A stretch of DNA of 64,000 bases from an uncultured Gemmatimonadaceae bacterium (GCA_963790305.1 CAWBOC010000005.1:352001-416000), one strand, 5' to 3'. Positions 21,092-31,218 are shown, counted from the first letter of the stretch. Notes: generated from the letters alone by a model not told the origin. Numbers and translations: made by a program.

Positions 21092-22445
21092 CGCCCATCT
21101 CCTTCACCATGAGGTCGGGTTTGCCTTCGGGGACAACCGTCAGGATGATTTTGGGCTTCCCCAGATAGTCGCGGGTAACGCGCTGCACATCGGCGGCGGT
21201 CACCGCGTCGTACCGTGCGGCATCCTGTCGCACGTAGTCCGGCGTGCCGGCGAAGTAATCATAGAAATTGAGCTGGTCCGCCTTGCCGTTGACGCTCGCC
21301 AGACGATCGAGGAACTGTGCGCGATAGGTGTTCTGCGCCCGGGCGAGCTCCCGGTCGGTGATTCCCTGGTTGCTCAACTTTCGAATCTCTTCGTTGACGA
21401 GCTGAGCCATTCGCGCTGGGCTCTGTCCCGGCTTCGGCGTGACCGTCACGCCGAACATGCCATCGAGGCGGCCGCTCATCTGGAACGCGTTGACATCCTG
21501 CGCAACCTGCATCTCGTACACGAGGCGCTTGTAGAGTCGGGAGTTCTTGTCTCCCGCCAGGACATACGCGAGCAGATCGAACGAGGCATCGTCAGCGTGG
21601 AACGCCTTCGCCGATGGCCACGCGTAGTACAATCGCGGCAGCTGCACCTTGTCTTCAAGCACGAGGAAGGTGTCCTTCGGCACCGTAACCGCCTGCACCG
21701 CCGGTCGTGCCGGCATCGCCGGCCCACGCGGAATTTCGCCGAAGTACCGCTGAACCCACACCTTCACGGAGTCGCGGTTGAAGTCGCCAGCGATCGCGAG
21801 CGTCGCGTTGTTCGGAGCGTAGTACGTCCGAAAGAATTGCTTCACGTCCTCGAGCGACGCGGCAGACAGGTCAGCCATCGAGCCGATCGTTGGCCACGAG
21901 TAGGGATGGCCAGAAGGGAACACCGCCGCCAGAATCGTCTCGAAGGCTCGGCCGTAAGGCACGTTGTCATAGCTCTGCCGACGCTCGTTCTTCACCACAT
22001 CACGCTGCACATCGAGCTTCGCCTGGTCCATCGTCGGCAGAAGCCACCCCATGCGATCGGCTTCCAGCCACAATGCGAGTGGAAGCGCGTTCGACGGCAT
22101 CCATTCGAAGTAGTTCGTGCGATCCTGGGAGGTGGACCCGTTATTGTTCGCGCCCGCCGCTTCCAGCCATTGATCGAACGCACCCACCGGCACGTGCTCC
22201 GAGCCCATGAACATGACGTGCTCGAAGAGGTGCGCGAATCCCGTGCGCCCGGGCTGTTCGTCGCCCGATCCCACGTGGTACCACACGTTGACCGCTACCA
22301 TCGGGGTGGAGCGATCCTCGTGCAGAACGACCGTCAAGCCATTGTCCAGCGTGTACCGCTCATTGGTGAGCGGCGGAATCCCCTGCGCGGCCACAGTCGT
22401 GGTGGCAAGCACGCAGGTGGCTATCGCGAACATCGCGTATCTCAC
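21075..22445 (-). CDS. M16B peptidase catalytic subunit, exported
   Basis: Sec signal (VAA-Q), GFAHLFEH, LEADRM. Confidence 0.92.
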   Translation of the reverse strand: MRYAMFAIATCVLATTTVAAQGIPPLTNERYTLDNGLTVVLHEDRSTPMVAVNVWYHVGSGDEQPGRTGFAHLFEHVMFMGSEHVPVGAFDQWLEAAGANNNGSTSQDRTNYFEWMPSNALPLALWLEADRMGWLLPTMDQAKLDVQRDVVKNERRQSYDNVPYGRAFETILAAVFPSGHPYSWPTIGSMADLSAASLEDVKQFFRTYYAPNNATLAIAGDFNRDSVKVWVQRYFGEIPRGPAMPARPAVQAVTVPKDTFLVLEDKVQLPRLYYAWPSAKAFHADDASFDLLAYVLAGDKNSRLYKRLVYEMQVAQDVNAFQMSGRLDGMFGVTVTPKPGQSPARMAQLVNEEIRKLSNQGITDRELARAQNTYRAQFLDRLASVNGKADQLNFYDYFAGTPDYVRQDAARYDAVTAADVQRVTRDYLGKPKIILTVVPEGKPDLMVKEMGDVRIP

Positions 22446-23047
22446 TGCGACCTCCGTTCGAAGATGTACGCGAGCGGTACCTTCACCGACTCGCTGACCA
22501 TGTACTTCCAGTGCTCCTCCCGATTCGATGTGATCGGGCTCGTGCGCGTTGGCGAGGTGTACGGCTCCAGTCCAAACCGCCTTGCCAAGATAGACAGTCG
22601 AAGCATGTGAAAGGGATCGCTGACGAGGATCACCGAGCTCTGCTCACGATCATCCATGATTCGCGCCACCGCCTGCATCGACTCGCTCGTTGTCCGGCCC
22701 TTGATCTCGATTACGATCGCGCGATCGGGCACCCCCCGCGACATTGCATACTTTCGAGCAACTGCCGCTTCGCTGGTCGTGTCCCCTACCCCTGTCCCAC
22801 CGGTAAGGATCAGGGTCGGGGCCAACCCGCGCTTCCACAGGGATACGGCGTGGTCCACGCGGGCCCGAAGCACGGGCGACGGCCGGCCGACGTACTGCGC
22901 CGCTCCCAGTACCACGATCGCATCCGCGCGCTGAGCTTGGTCACGCCGCCCGACCCGATCCACCGCTATCATCGAGATCACCCACGCGATCACCACGACA
23001 GCCGCGATCGCGACGATCGTGCGGAGGTAGGAGCGCGGCTTCGGCAT
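22442..23047 (-). CDS. YdcF/DUF218 family protein
   Basis: N-terminal TM, DAIVVLG, LTGG, SEA, VSDPFHMLR. Confidence 0.88.
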   Translation of the reverse strand: MPKPRSYLRTIVAIAAVVVIAWVISMIAVDRVGRRDQAQRADAIVVLGAAQYVGRPSPVLRARVDHAVSLWKRGLAPTLILTGGTGVGDTTSEAAVARKYAMSRGVPDRAIVIEIKGRTTSESMQAVARIMDDREQSSVILVSDPFHMLRLSILARRFGLEPYTSPTRTSPITSNREEHWKYMVSESVKVPLAYIFERRSQ

Positions 23048-23097
23048 CCGGGGAAGCTACGATGGCACGCGCATGCGGTGAAGGCTTATCTCACGAG

Positions 23098-23697
23098 CTA
23101 TTCGGCAAGCCCGAGGAGTGCGAGCCAGAGCACGTCGAACGCCGCCCGAGCATCCGCTCCGCCCGCGCCAGCCGGCACAGAGGCCAGGCCATCGACGACC
23201 GTGACGAGCAAATCCCCAAGAAGCACGGGAGGAACGCGCGGCCGAAGCGCCAGGAGCTCGAAGAGGCGTTCGGCACTCGCCGTTGCCGCTGTACGGCGCA
23301 TGTGCATCGCCTCGGCGGTCGCCGGGCGCACGCTCCCGCCGCGCCACCCGGCGAGCTCCACGAGCGCGCGGACATGTCCCCGCGCCAACTCCGCGTCGAG
23401 CCAGCGCCAAAGATCATCGATCGCGCCGTGTGGCGTCGATCCCGCCAGCGCGGCACGCTCGCGCCTCACGAGTCCCTCGGCGATCCACATCACGAGCCGC
23501 GCAAGTAGCGTGTCCTTGTCCTGGAAATGATAGTGAATGAGTCCCTTGCTCACCCCCGCTTCCTCGGCCACCTCCTGCATGGTCATTGCGCTGGCCCCGG
23601 AGATGGCGAGCCTCGTGGCTGCAGCCTTGAGGATTCGCTCGGTGGCGTCTGGCCGCGCACGGGCGCCAGACAGCGGCACGGGAGGCGTAGCCGTCAT
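23098..23697 (-). CDS. TetR family regulator
   Basis: TMQEVAEEAGVSKGLIHYHFQDK HTH. Confidence 0.9.
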   Translation of the reverse strand: MTATPPVPLSGARARPDATERILKAAATRLAISGASAMTMQEVAEEAGVSKGLIHYHFQDKDTLLARLVMWIAEGLVRRERAALAGSTPHGAIDDLWRWLDAELARGHVRALVELAGWRGGSVRPATAEAMHMRRTAATASAERLFELLALRPRVPPVLLGDLLVTVVDGLASVPAGAGGADARAAFDVLWLALLGLAE

Positions 23698-23699
23698 GG

Positions 23700-25082
23700 T
23701 CAGCTGCTCACCCGGGTGAATTGCTCAGGACAGGTGACTCGATAGCCTGTGTCGCGCAGTCGTGCGGCAAGCGCATCCTGTGGACCGGGCTCACCGTGAA
23801 CGAGATACACGTCGCGCAGGGCAGGCGACGTCGCTCGCACCGCATCGAGCCAGGCGGTCAGCTCGGTACGGTCGGCGTGCGCGCTATATCCGTTGAGCAC
23901 CTCCACCTGCGCACGCAGCGGGATTTCCTCCCCGTGAATTTTGAGCGTGGGCTGCCGCTCCACGATTCGTCTGCCAAGGGTATGCTCCGCCTGAAAACCC
24001 ACGATGAGAATCGTGTTTCGCGGGTTGGCAGCGCCGACCTTGAGATGGTGAACGATACGTCCAGCTTCCGCCATTCCCGACGGTGCGATGATGACCATCG
24101 GACCAACGGCGTTGTTGAGGGCCTTCGACTCCTCTGCCTTACGAGTATAGTGGGCCTGCTGAAAGCGAAAGAGCATCTGGACACGTTGCACGAAGTCTTC
24201 GGTGCGGTCGAAAACCTCGGGGTGGGTCTCGAAGACCGCCGTTGCCTCGATGGCGAGCGGACTGTCGATGTAGATCGGAATCGCCGGGATCTCGCTCGCC
24301 AGGGCGAGCGAGTGAAGGTCGTACACGATCTCTTGGGCACGGCCGACCGCGAATGCCGGGATGAGGATACGTCCCCCTCGGGCTGCGGTCTCGCGGACGA
24401 TCCTTGCCAGCTCCTGACGGGCTGACGTGTATGGCGCGTGATCCCGGTCGCCGTACGTGGATTCCATGATGACGACGTCGGCCCCCTGCGGGGGCTTGGG
24501 ATCCCGGATGATGGGAAGGCCGTTGCGTCCAATGTCTCCGGAGAACACGAGGCGCTGGTTGCGTCCCCCCTCCTCGATATCGAGAACGACGGATGCCGAG
24601 CCGAGGATGTGGCCGGCGTCGATGAATGTCACGCGAACCCCGGTCGTGACCTCGAACGTCTTTTCATACGGAACGCCAGCCATGAGATCCGCCGCACGCG
24701 TCGCATCGACCATGGAATAGAGCGGCGGAACGACATCCTTCCGGTGCCGGGCCAGAAACTCGGCATCCTTCTCCTGAATGTGTGCGGAGTCGGCGAGCAT
24801 CACGACCGCGAGATCGCGCGTTGCCGCCGTGCACCAGACGGTTCCGCGATACCCCTCCCGTACCAGGAGTGGGATTCGCCCAGCGTGATCAATGTGCGCG
24901 TGCGAGAGAACGACGGCATCAATGCGCGAGACGTCCAGGGGCAATCGGAGGTTCTTTTCGTATGTCTCGCTCCGTCGGCCCTGAAAGAGACCACAGTCGA
25001 GAAGGATGTGCTTTCCATTCACGTGCACAATGTGGCACGATCCGGTGACCTCCCGCGCAGCGCCGGCGAACGTGATCTCCAT
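23700..25082 (-). CDS. MBL/beta-CASP ribonuclease
   Basis: GAAREVTGS, SHAHIDH, GHILGS, ESTYG, SAHAD, VHGE. Confidence 0.92.
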   Translation of the reverse strand: MEITFAGAAREVTGSCHIVHVNGKHILLDCGLFQGRRSETYEKNLRLPLDVSRIDAVVLSHAHIDHAGRIPLLVREGYRGTVWCTAATRDLAVVMLADSAHIQEKDAEFLARHRKDVVPPLYSMVDATRAADLMAGVPYEKTFEVTTGVRVTFIDAGHILGSASVVLDIEEGGRNQRLVFSGDIGRNGLPIIRDPKPPQGADVVIMESTYGDRDHAPYTSARQELARIVRETAARGGRILIPAFAVGRAQEIVYDLHSLALASEIPAIPIYIDSPLAIEATAVFETHPEVFDRTEDFVQRVQMLFRFQQAHYTRKAEESKALNNAVGPMVIIAPSGMAEAGRIVHHLKVGAANPRNTILIVGFQAEHTLGRRIVERQPTLKIHGEEIPLRAQVEVLNGYSAHADRTELTAWLDAVRATSPALRDVYLVHGEPGPQDALAARLRDTGYRVTCPEQFTRVSS

Positions 25083-25208
25083 GCACTTCTCGGCTCGAGG
25101 ATCGGTCAGTGTGGCACTCCAGCACGGGAGTGTAAAGGTCGGTCTGGTAGTAGGCCGCGGCGATCTCGAAGTGCTATGTTGGTCGCCGCACCAAACGGAG
25201 CCGACACG

Positions 25209-26447
25209 ATGACCGCTGGCACGATCGACACTGGAGTGCCTCCTGCGCTCGGGGCAGAGCCCGACGTCACTCGCTGGCGCGAGGAAACGCCAGGATGTGC
25301 GGATCGGACTCATCTCAACAATGCCGGTGCTGCACTCATGCCGGTGCCGGTGATTCGCGCTATTGAAGGTCACCTGACTCTGGAAGCGCACATCGGCGGA
25401 TACGAAGCGGCTGAGGAGTGCGTCCCCGAGACGAACCGGGTCTACGACGCCCTCGCGACACTCGTCAAGGCTACCCCGCGGAATATCGCCATCACGCCGA
25501 GCTCGACGGCGGCATTCATTCAGGCACTGTCCACGATCGACTTCCAGCCCGGAGATGTCATCCTGACATCGCGGTGCGACTATACATCCAACCAGCTTCA
25601 CTATCTGTCGCTTGCACGGCGACATGGCGTCCGCGTTGTGCGCGCCGAAGACCTTCCCGAGGGCGGCGTGGACCCGGATTCTGTGAAAGCGATCGCGCAG
25701 CAAAAACGACCGCGCCTCGTCGCCATTTCATGGGTGCCGACCAACTCCGGCCTCGTACAGGACGTCGGCAGCATCGGCCAGATCTGCGAGGACCTCGGCC
25801 TGCCCTATCTCGTCGATGCGTGCCAGGCGGCTGGGCAGATTCCAATCGATGTGGGCCGTCTTCGCTGCGACTACCTGTCGGCGACAGCACGAAAATTCCT
25901 GCGCGGGCCGCGCGGAATCGGTTTCCTCTACATCTCGGACAAAGCGCTTGGCCGGGGGGATTACCCCCTGTACGTCGATATGCGCGGAGCAGTGTGGACA
26001 GGGGCCAATGAGATCTCACTCGTCGAGGACGCCCGTCGCTTCGAGGATTGGGAGTTTCCGTACGCACTCGTCCTTGGCTTCGGCGCCGCCGCCGAGTACG
26101 CGCAGTCCGTCGGCGTTGCACGTGCGGGGGGACGCGCGGCTGCGTTGGCGAGCCACCTTCGGCGTCGGCTCATGACCATCGAGGGGACTCGCGTCCTCGA
26201 TCGCGGCCGGGACCACTGCGCCATCGTTACCGCCGACATCGCAGGCCAGGACTCGACTCACCTCGTCGCGGAGTTGCGTCGGCGGCACATCAACACATCG
26301 GCGACGCTCGCCTGGTATGGCTTGATCGACATGAGAGAAAAGAACGCGCGGTCGGCGATCCGGCTGTCACCCCACTACTACAACACCCTCGAGGAGGTCG
26401 ACGCTGCCGTCGAAGCACTCCGTGAAATCGTCAACGCCCGGAACTGA
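25209..26447 (+). CDS. Class V PLP-dependent enzyme (C-S lyase-like)
   Basis: HLNNAG, VDACQ, TARKFLRGPRG, RLSPHYYN; start could be 25176. Confidence 0.85.
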   Translation: MTAGTIDTGVPPALGAEPDVTRWREETPGCADRTHLNNAGAALMPVPVIRAIEGHLTLEAHIGGYEAAEECVPETNRVYDALATLVKATPRNIAITPSSTAAFIQALSTIDFQPGDVILTSRCDYTSNQLHYLSLARRHGVRVVRAEDLPEGGVDPDSVKAIAQQKRPRLVAISWVPTNSGLVQDVGSIGQICEDLGLPYLVDACQAAGQIPIDVGRLRCDYLSATARKFLRGPRGIGFLYISDKALGRGDYPLYVDMRGAVWTGANEISLVEDARRFEDWEFPYALVLGFGAAAEYAQSVGVARAGGRAAALASHLRRRLMTIEGTRVLDRGRDHCAIVTADIAGQDSTHLVAELRRRHINTSATLAWYGLIDMREKNARSAIRLSPHYYNTLEEVDAAVEALREIVNARN

Positions 26448-27024
26448 GATTCCCCTCGTCTTTCATCCGCTGACTATCGATCGGTGGGCAGACCTCGAGT
26501 CGCTATTCGGAGAGCGCGGCGGGTGTGGGGGCTGCTGGTGCATGACCTGGCGAGTTCCTCGCGCACGGTACGAGGAAGGAAAGGGTGCCGGGAATCGCGC
26601 TGCGTTCAAGCGGCGTGTTCGGAGCGGCCTGCCACCCGGCATTCTTGCGTATGTGGAGGCGGATCCTGTCGGTTGGTGCGCGGTGTCGCCGAGGGCCGAA
26701 TACGATTATCTGGCGCGGTCGCGAGTTCTGCGTCCCATCGATGACCAGGCGGTGTGGTCGATTTCCTGCCTCCTGGTCGCGAAGCCTCTTCGGAGCCGCG
26801 GCGTCTCCGTGCAGCTCCTGCGTGCCGCCGTGGACATGGCTGGGCAGGCAGGCGCGGCGATCGTCGAAGGCTATCCCGTGGTCTCGCGCACGGGGCGCAT
26901 GCCGGACGCTTTCGCGTGGACTGGAACGCTCTCGGCCTTTCGCGCGGCGGGGTTCCAGGAGGCAGCTCGCGGCTCACCAAGCCGGCCGATCATGCGTGCC
27001 TACCCCGGGCGCGCTACTCGTTAG
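26422..27024 (+). CDS. GNAT family acetyltransferase
   Basis: CWCM, PVGWC, WSISC, RSRGVS, VEGYP. Confidence 0.85.
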   Translation: MKSSTPGTEIPLVFHPLTIDRWADLESLFGERGGCGGCWCMTWRVPRARYEEGKGAGNRAAFKRRVRSGLPPGILAYVEADPVGWCAVSPRAEYDYLARSRVLRPIDDQAVWSISCLLVAKPLRSRGVSVQLLRAAVDMAGQAGAAIVEGYPVVSRTGRMPDAFAWTGTLSAFRAAGFQEAARGSPSRPIMRAYPGRATR

Positions 27025-27196
27025 GGGGAACGGTCGGTCGACGGCTGAATACCACCGTCAGTCGCGTCGTGCCTTGCGCGATCATGGCAGGCTCCCACCC
27101 GCCACGGCTGCGCTCATTGAGGAGATCGGTGAGGGCATCCTCATCCTCCTGCATGTGCCGCGTGAGCTTGAGGATGACCGCCTGATATTCGTTCAT
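27014..27196 (-). CDS. Small DUF4177-like protein
   Basis: 60 aa; EY...LNE..RGGWE...VF.R pattern. Confidence 0.6.
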   Translation of the reverse strand: MNEYQAVILKLTRHMQEDEDALTDLLNERSRGGWEPAMIAQGTTRLTVVFSRRPTVPPNE

Positions 27197-27298
27197 GGCC
27201 GGGAAGCTACTTCCGGCGCCGGGTAGCGGGTAGACCGCGCCGTCGGCCATAATGGGATAACTCCCGAAGGCTCTCGTTTGGCAATCCTGGCTCTCGCA

Positions 27299-27946
27299 AT
27301 GGACACTGCGCCCGCGTTTCCCACCCTTTCTATCACGCGGCATCCGCTCATTCAGCACAAGCTGACGATCCTCCGTGACCGGCGGACGCCGACGAAGATC
27401 TTCAAGGAGCTCGTCGATGAGATTGCCATGCTGATGGCCTACGAGGCGACGAGTGGCCTTCAGCTCGAAGCGGTCCCCGTCGAAACGCCCCTCGAGCCCG
27501 CGACAGGATGGCAAGTGAGCGGAAAAAAGCTCACGCTCGTGCCGATTCTTCGCGCGGGGCTTGGGATGGTCGAGGGGATCTTGCGTCTCGTGCCTGGGGC
27601 GCGCGTTGGGCACATCGGTCTCTACCGTGATCACGACACCCTGGAGCCGGTCGACTATTACTTCAAGGTCCCCAGCGACGCCGCAGAGCGTGATTTTTTC
27701 GTTCTCGACCCCATGCTCGCCACCGGCGGCAGCGCCGCGGCGGCGGTGACCTCACTCAAAAGGGCAGGCGCGACGAGAATTCGCTTTCTCTGTCTCGTGG
27801 CCGCACCCGAGGGCGTGAAGCGACTCGCGAAGACACACCCTGACGTGCCCGTCTACTGCGCTGCGCTCGATCGCGAGCTCAACACGCACGGGTACATCCT
27901 GCCAGGCCTTGGGGACGCGGGCGACCGTCTTTTTGGGACGCGCTAG
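27299..27946 (+). CDS. upp: Uracil phosphoribosyltransferase
   Basis: [39 protein letters not shown]. Confidence 0.97.
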   Translation: MDTAPAFPTLSITRHPLIQHKLTILRDRRTPTKIFKELVDEIAMLMAYEATSGLQLEAVPVETPLEPATGWQVSGKKLTLVPILRAGLGMVEGILRLVPGARVGHIGLYRDHDTLEPVDYYFKVPSDAAERDFFVLDPMLATGGSAAAAVTSLKRAGATRIRFLCLVAAPEGVKRLAKTHPDVPVYCAALDRELNTHGYILPGLGDAGDRLFGTR

Positions 27947-27963
27947 AACGGGAGGAGAGAAGA

Positions 27964-28045
27964 CGTCGGGCTGGGGAGGCGAGAAGACCCGGTAGCGAGA
28001 TCCACCTGCGAGGTAACGTGCTCTCTCCTCGCTCCCAGCCCGACG
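27964..28045. terminator. Long hairpin between convergent upp and DUF2225 genes
   Basis: CGTCGGGCTGGG ... CCCAGCCCGACG. Confidence 0.6.
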
Positions 28046-28061
28046 CGTATTGCGGCCTGGA

Positions 28062-28715
28062 TCAGCCGAACCACTCGCGTGGATAGTCGCGCTGCTGCCG
28101 CGCAGCGTCGAGAATCCACTGCTGCGTCTCGGCATTCGTAAGCTCATTGCTCACGCGGTCGAACCACTCGTTCGCCTGCGCGTTGTCGCCGACACGCCGC
28201 CACAGCTCGCCGACGAGATAGGTCAGGACTGCGCGCTCATCGCGATCCACGCCATCGTACGTCGACAGTGCCTTCTCGAACATCCACGCTGCCTGACGAC
28301 GGAAATAGCGTTCCGCTTCGATGTCGCCTTCGTCGACGCAGCACCACGCGGCACGCAGCAGCAGGTCGGCAACCCGACGTGGTTCCGATCCCTGCCAGAG
28401 GGCAACCTTGGCGGCGAACTCGTATTTGTCGGATCCGCCAACGGGTCCTGACGAGAGCTTGGGCGCCAGCTCATCCCACACGTGTTCCTTTAGAATTGGG
28501 CTGACGTCGGTCTCCTCGGTGAAGTCCCGCTCACTTCCCGAGTACCCACACCGCGAGCATGTGTGGATGAAGAACGGCAGCGGCTGTGCGCCAGCCGCCC
28601 GCTCATGAAAATCGGTGCGTTTTCCACCAAATGAATTGGTGGAGATGACGGCCTGTGAATTGAACCGATTGTAGCAAATCGGACAGGCTAGCTCTATTTG
28701 TCGCAGCGTTGTCAT
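28062..28715 (-). CDS. DUF2225-like zinc-ribbon/TPR protein
   Basis: CPIC and CSRCGY, LRAAW, YLVGELWRRVG. Confidence 0.75.
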   Translation of the reverse strand: MTTLRQIELACPICYNRFNSQAVISTNSFGGKRTDFHERAAGAQPLPFFIHTCSRCGYSGSERDFTEETDVSPILKEHVWDELAPKLSSGPVGGSDKYEFAAKVALWQGSEPRRVADLLLRAAWCCVDEGDIEAERYFRRQAAWMFEKALSTYDGVDRDERAVLTYLVGELWRRVGDNAQANEWFDRVSNELTNAETQQWILDAARQQRDYPREWFG

Positions 28716-28756
28716 TTGGCCTCTGGCCTCTCGCTAACCCCCGCTGCGGCCTGTAT

Positions 28757-28772
28757 TGAAAATCGCGTGCCA
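28757..28772 (-). promoter_or_regulatory. Possible sigma54 promoter with a variant -12
   Basis: TGGCACGCGATTTTCA: consensus -24, TC instead of GC at -12. Confidence 0.4.
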
Positions 28773-28868
28773 CGGCAACTGTTCCCCTTGTTGGTGTCGA
28801 CAGGGGCTGGTATCTTGCCGCCCGGTTGACCCTCCCTCCGCCGACAGCTTTCCCGCGTTCCGGCACTG

Positions 28869-29816
28869 ATGCTGATCAATCTGCTGCCTGACTTTTTCGC
28901 GGTGCTGAGCGCCAGCGATCGCGTGGCCGCGTACCAGCACTATTACTCCACGCATCGCAGAATTCTCGAGCCGTATTGGCACAACTACGTCATCGATCCG
29001 GAAGGACCGCATTTCCTCGATGTCGTTCGATCGACGGTCCACGCCGACCGTGACGACCTCCGAACCATGTTGGAGCGCACGGACGTCGAGGCGCTCGCCC
29101 GTGAGGCCGAGGCCCGGTGCACCAAGCTCCTCGCGATAGACGTCGAGATCGACACGGTGCTCATGGTCGGTGTCGGGGCTGCGAATGCCGGAGAGCTCGT
29201 CACCGAAAATCGCGGAATTGCCTTCGTGTGCCTCGAGCATTTCACCAGCACCCAGAATCCGGACACGCAGGGGCTTGGGCTGGATCCGGAGGTCATTCCA
29301 CTCTGGCTCGCCCACGAAATCGCGCATTGTGTTCGGTACACCTCACCAAGTAGCCGAAGTGAGATGAAGGCACTCATCGATGACGTGAACGGCTACTACT
29401 CGTACTGGGAGACCGGCCGGCGTGCGACGCTGCGAGAGCTCGTGCTCAATGAGGGGCTCGCCGTCGAAACCGCCCGAGCCATCAGCCCGGGGCATGCCGA
29501 ATGGGAATACTTCGGGTACGCACGCCGCCAGTACGCTCGAGTTCGCGAGATGGAGCCCCTCCTCGTACGTGCCATCGCCGAGGATCTCGATCGAACCGGC
29601 CTGGGGCTGCGGCTGAAGTACCTCTCGGGCGGGATGAGTGATAGCGCTCGCGCCCTCGACGATCGGCACGTCATCCCGGAACGCGCCGGATACTACCTCG
29701 GCGCTCGAATGGTGGAGCCGGCAATCGCCGCACGGGGGCTTGAGTGGGCAGTGCGGGCAAGTGCGCGCGAGCTCGGCGAATCCAGCCGGAGCATGATTGC
29801 GGGCGCCAGTGCCTGA
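28869..29816 (+). CDS. Putative zinc metalloprotease (DUF2268-like)
   Basis: AHEIAH, NEGLA, GYYLG. Confidence 0.7.
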   Translation: MLINLLPDFFAVLSASDRVAAYQHYYSTHRRILEPYWHNYVIDPEGPHFLDVVRSTVHADRDDLRTMLERTDVEALAREAEARCTKLLAIDVEIDTVLMVGVGAANAGELVTENRGIAFVCLEHFTSTQNPDTQGLGLDPEVIPLWLAHEIAHCVRYTSPSSRSEMKALIDDVNGYYSYWETGRRATLRELVLNEGLAVETARAISPGHAEWEYFGYARRQYARVREMEPLLVRAIAEDLDRTGLGLRLKYLSGGMSDSARALDDRHVIPERAGYYLGARMVEPAIAARGLEWAVRASARELGESSRSMIAGASA

Positions 29817-29838
29817 CTCAGGCGCCTAACGGCGGCCG

Positions 29839-31212
29839 CTACTTGCCGACACAGAACGTCGAGAAGACGCGTCCCAGAACGTCCTCGACATCAATCGATC
29901 CGATCAGCTCGGCGAGGTGATGGGCCGCCTCGCGCAGATGAATGGCAGCCACCGAGCTTGGCGGATCGTTCATTTCCCATGCGTCACGGAATGCGGAGAG
30001 TTCAACTCGAGCCGAGTTGACTGCGTCACGATGCCGTTGCCGTGTCAACAGAGGCGTCTCGCTCCCGCTCGTCCCAAATCGTTCCGACAGCTGTGCCGAG
30101 ACATGCTCTGCCAGCAGATCGAGCCCTGCTCCTGTCAACGCACTTGCGCGAATGGCATGCTTCGGCCCAGCGGAGATCGCTGCGACGTGTAGATCCGCCT
30201 TGGTCAGCACAGGTATCATGACGGTGGAAGCAACGGTCTCGGCACGCTCGATGAGCGTCTCGAGCTCGCGAGAGTGCTCCGCACAGAGCAGCACAACATC
30301 GGCATCGGCGAGATAGCGCTCGCTGATCTCGATTCCTAGCCGCTCGACGACATCGGTCGATTCCCGCAGGCCGGCGGTGTCTACGAGGCGAACTGGCCAA
30401 CCCTGCAGCTCGATCACAGCCTCGATTGCATCACGCGTCGTTCCAGCAATGTCCGTCACGATCGCCCGATCACGACCAACGAGCGCGTTGAATAGCGAAG
30501 ACTTGCCAGCATTCGGCGCGCCCCCAATGACGACCAGCGCGCCTTCGCGAAGCATCTCCCCTGTTTCGCCTGTGGCAAGAAGCTCATCGAGCGCCTTGAT
30601 CGTCCGCATCAGCACCGCCGTGACTCGACGTCGGTCAACGGACCCTTCGTCCTCCTCGGGAAAGTCAATGTCGTAGGCAATGAGCGCTTCGAGTTCGAGA
30701 ACGGTATTTCGAAGCTCCGCGGCACGGCGGGAAAGGCTACCTTCGAGTTGCCCAAGCGCAGCGCGATGCGCCATCCGCGAACGCGCATCGATGAGGTCGG
30801 CGACTGCCTCGGCCTGCAGCAAGTCCATGCGGCCGTTGGCCACTGCGCGACGAGTGAACTCCCCAGGTAGCGCCTGCCGTGCACCAGCAGCAATGAGAGC
30901 GCCCAGAACGAGGGAGGGAACAATCGCACCACCATGGACCGAGATCTCGACGACATCCTCGCCGGTATAGCTGTGAGGATGGCGGAACAGAGTAACGAGC
31001 GCCTCATCGAGAAGGGTGTCTTCAGTCGGGTGCCGAACTGAGACGAGATGAGCTACTCGTGGTGTGTTCCTGTCGAAGCCGGGAATGACACGGCTTGCAA
31101 TGTCCATTGCCTGTGGTCCACTCAGGCGTACGAGCGCAATTGCACCTCGTCCCGGTGCCGTCGCAATCGCGGCAATTGTGTCGTCCGCGCCGGGAAGGGC
31201 TGACCTACTCAC
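29839..31212 (-). CDS. mnmE: tRNA modification GTPase MnmE
   Basis: DTIAAIAT, SYTGED, GAPNAGKSS, GTTRD, DTAG, FCVGK. Confidence 0.97.
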   Translation of the reverse strand: MSRSALPGADDTIAAIATAPGRGAIALVRLSGPQAMDIASRVIPGFDRNTPRVAHLVSVRHPTEDTLLDEALVTLFRHPHSYTGEDVVEISVHGGAIVPSLVLGALIAAGARQALPGEFTRRAVANGRMDLLQAEAVADLIDARSRMAHRAALGQLEGSLSRRAAELRNTVLELEALIAYDIDFPEEDEGSVDRRRVTAVLMRTIKALDELLATGETGEMLREGALVVIGGAPNAGKSSLFNALVGRDRAIVTDIAGTTRDAIEAVIELQGWPVRLVDTAGLRESTDVVERLGIEISERYLADADVVLLCAEHSRELETLIERAETVASTVMIPVLTKADLHVAAISAGPKHAIRASALTGAGLDLLAEHVSAQLSERFGTSGSETPLLTRQRHRDAVNSARVELSAFRDAWEMNDPPSSVAAIHLREAAHHLAELIGSIDVEDVLGRVFSTFCVGK

Positions 31213-31218
31213 AATGCC

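Noticed and set aside
20991..22610. 539-aa plus-strand ORF and similar long antisense ORFs
   Set aside because: Shadow ORFs of high-GC genes with no motifs; the opposite strand has clear families
24438..25703. Apparent long overlap between the 669-aa and 667-aa ORFs
   Set aside because: Motif-supported starts are 25082 (-) and about 25209 (+), giving ordinary divergent genes
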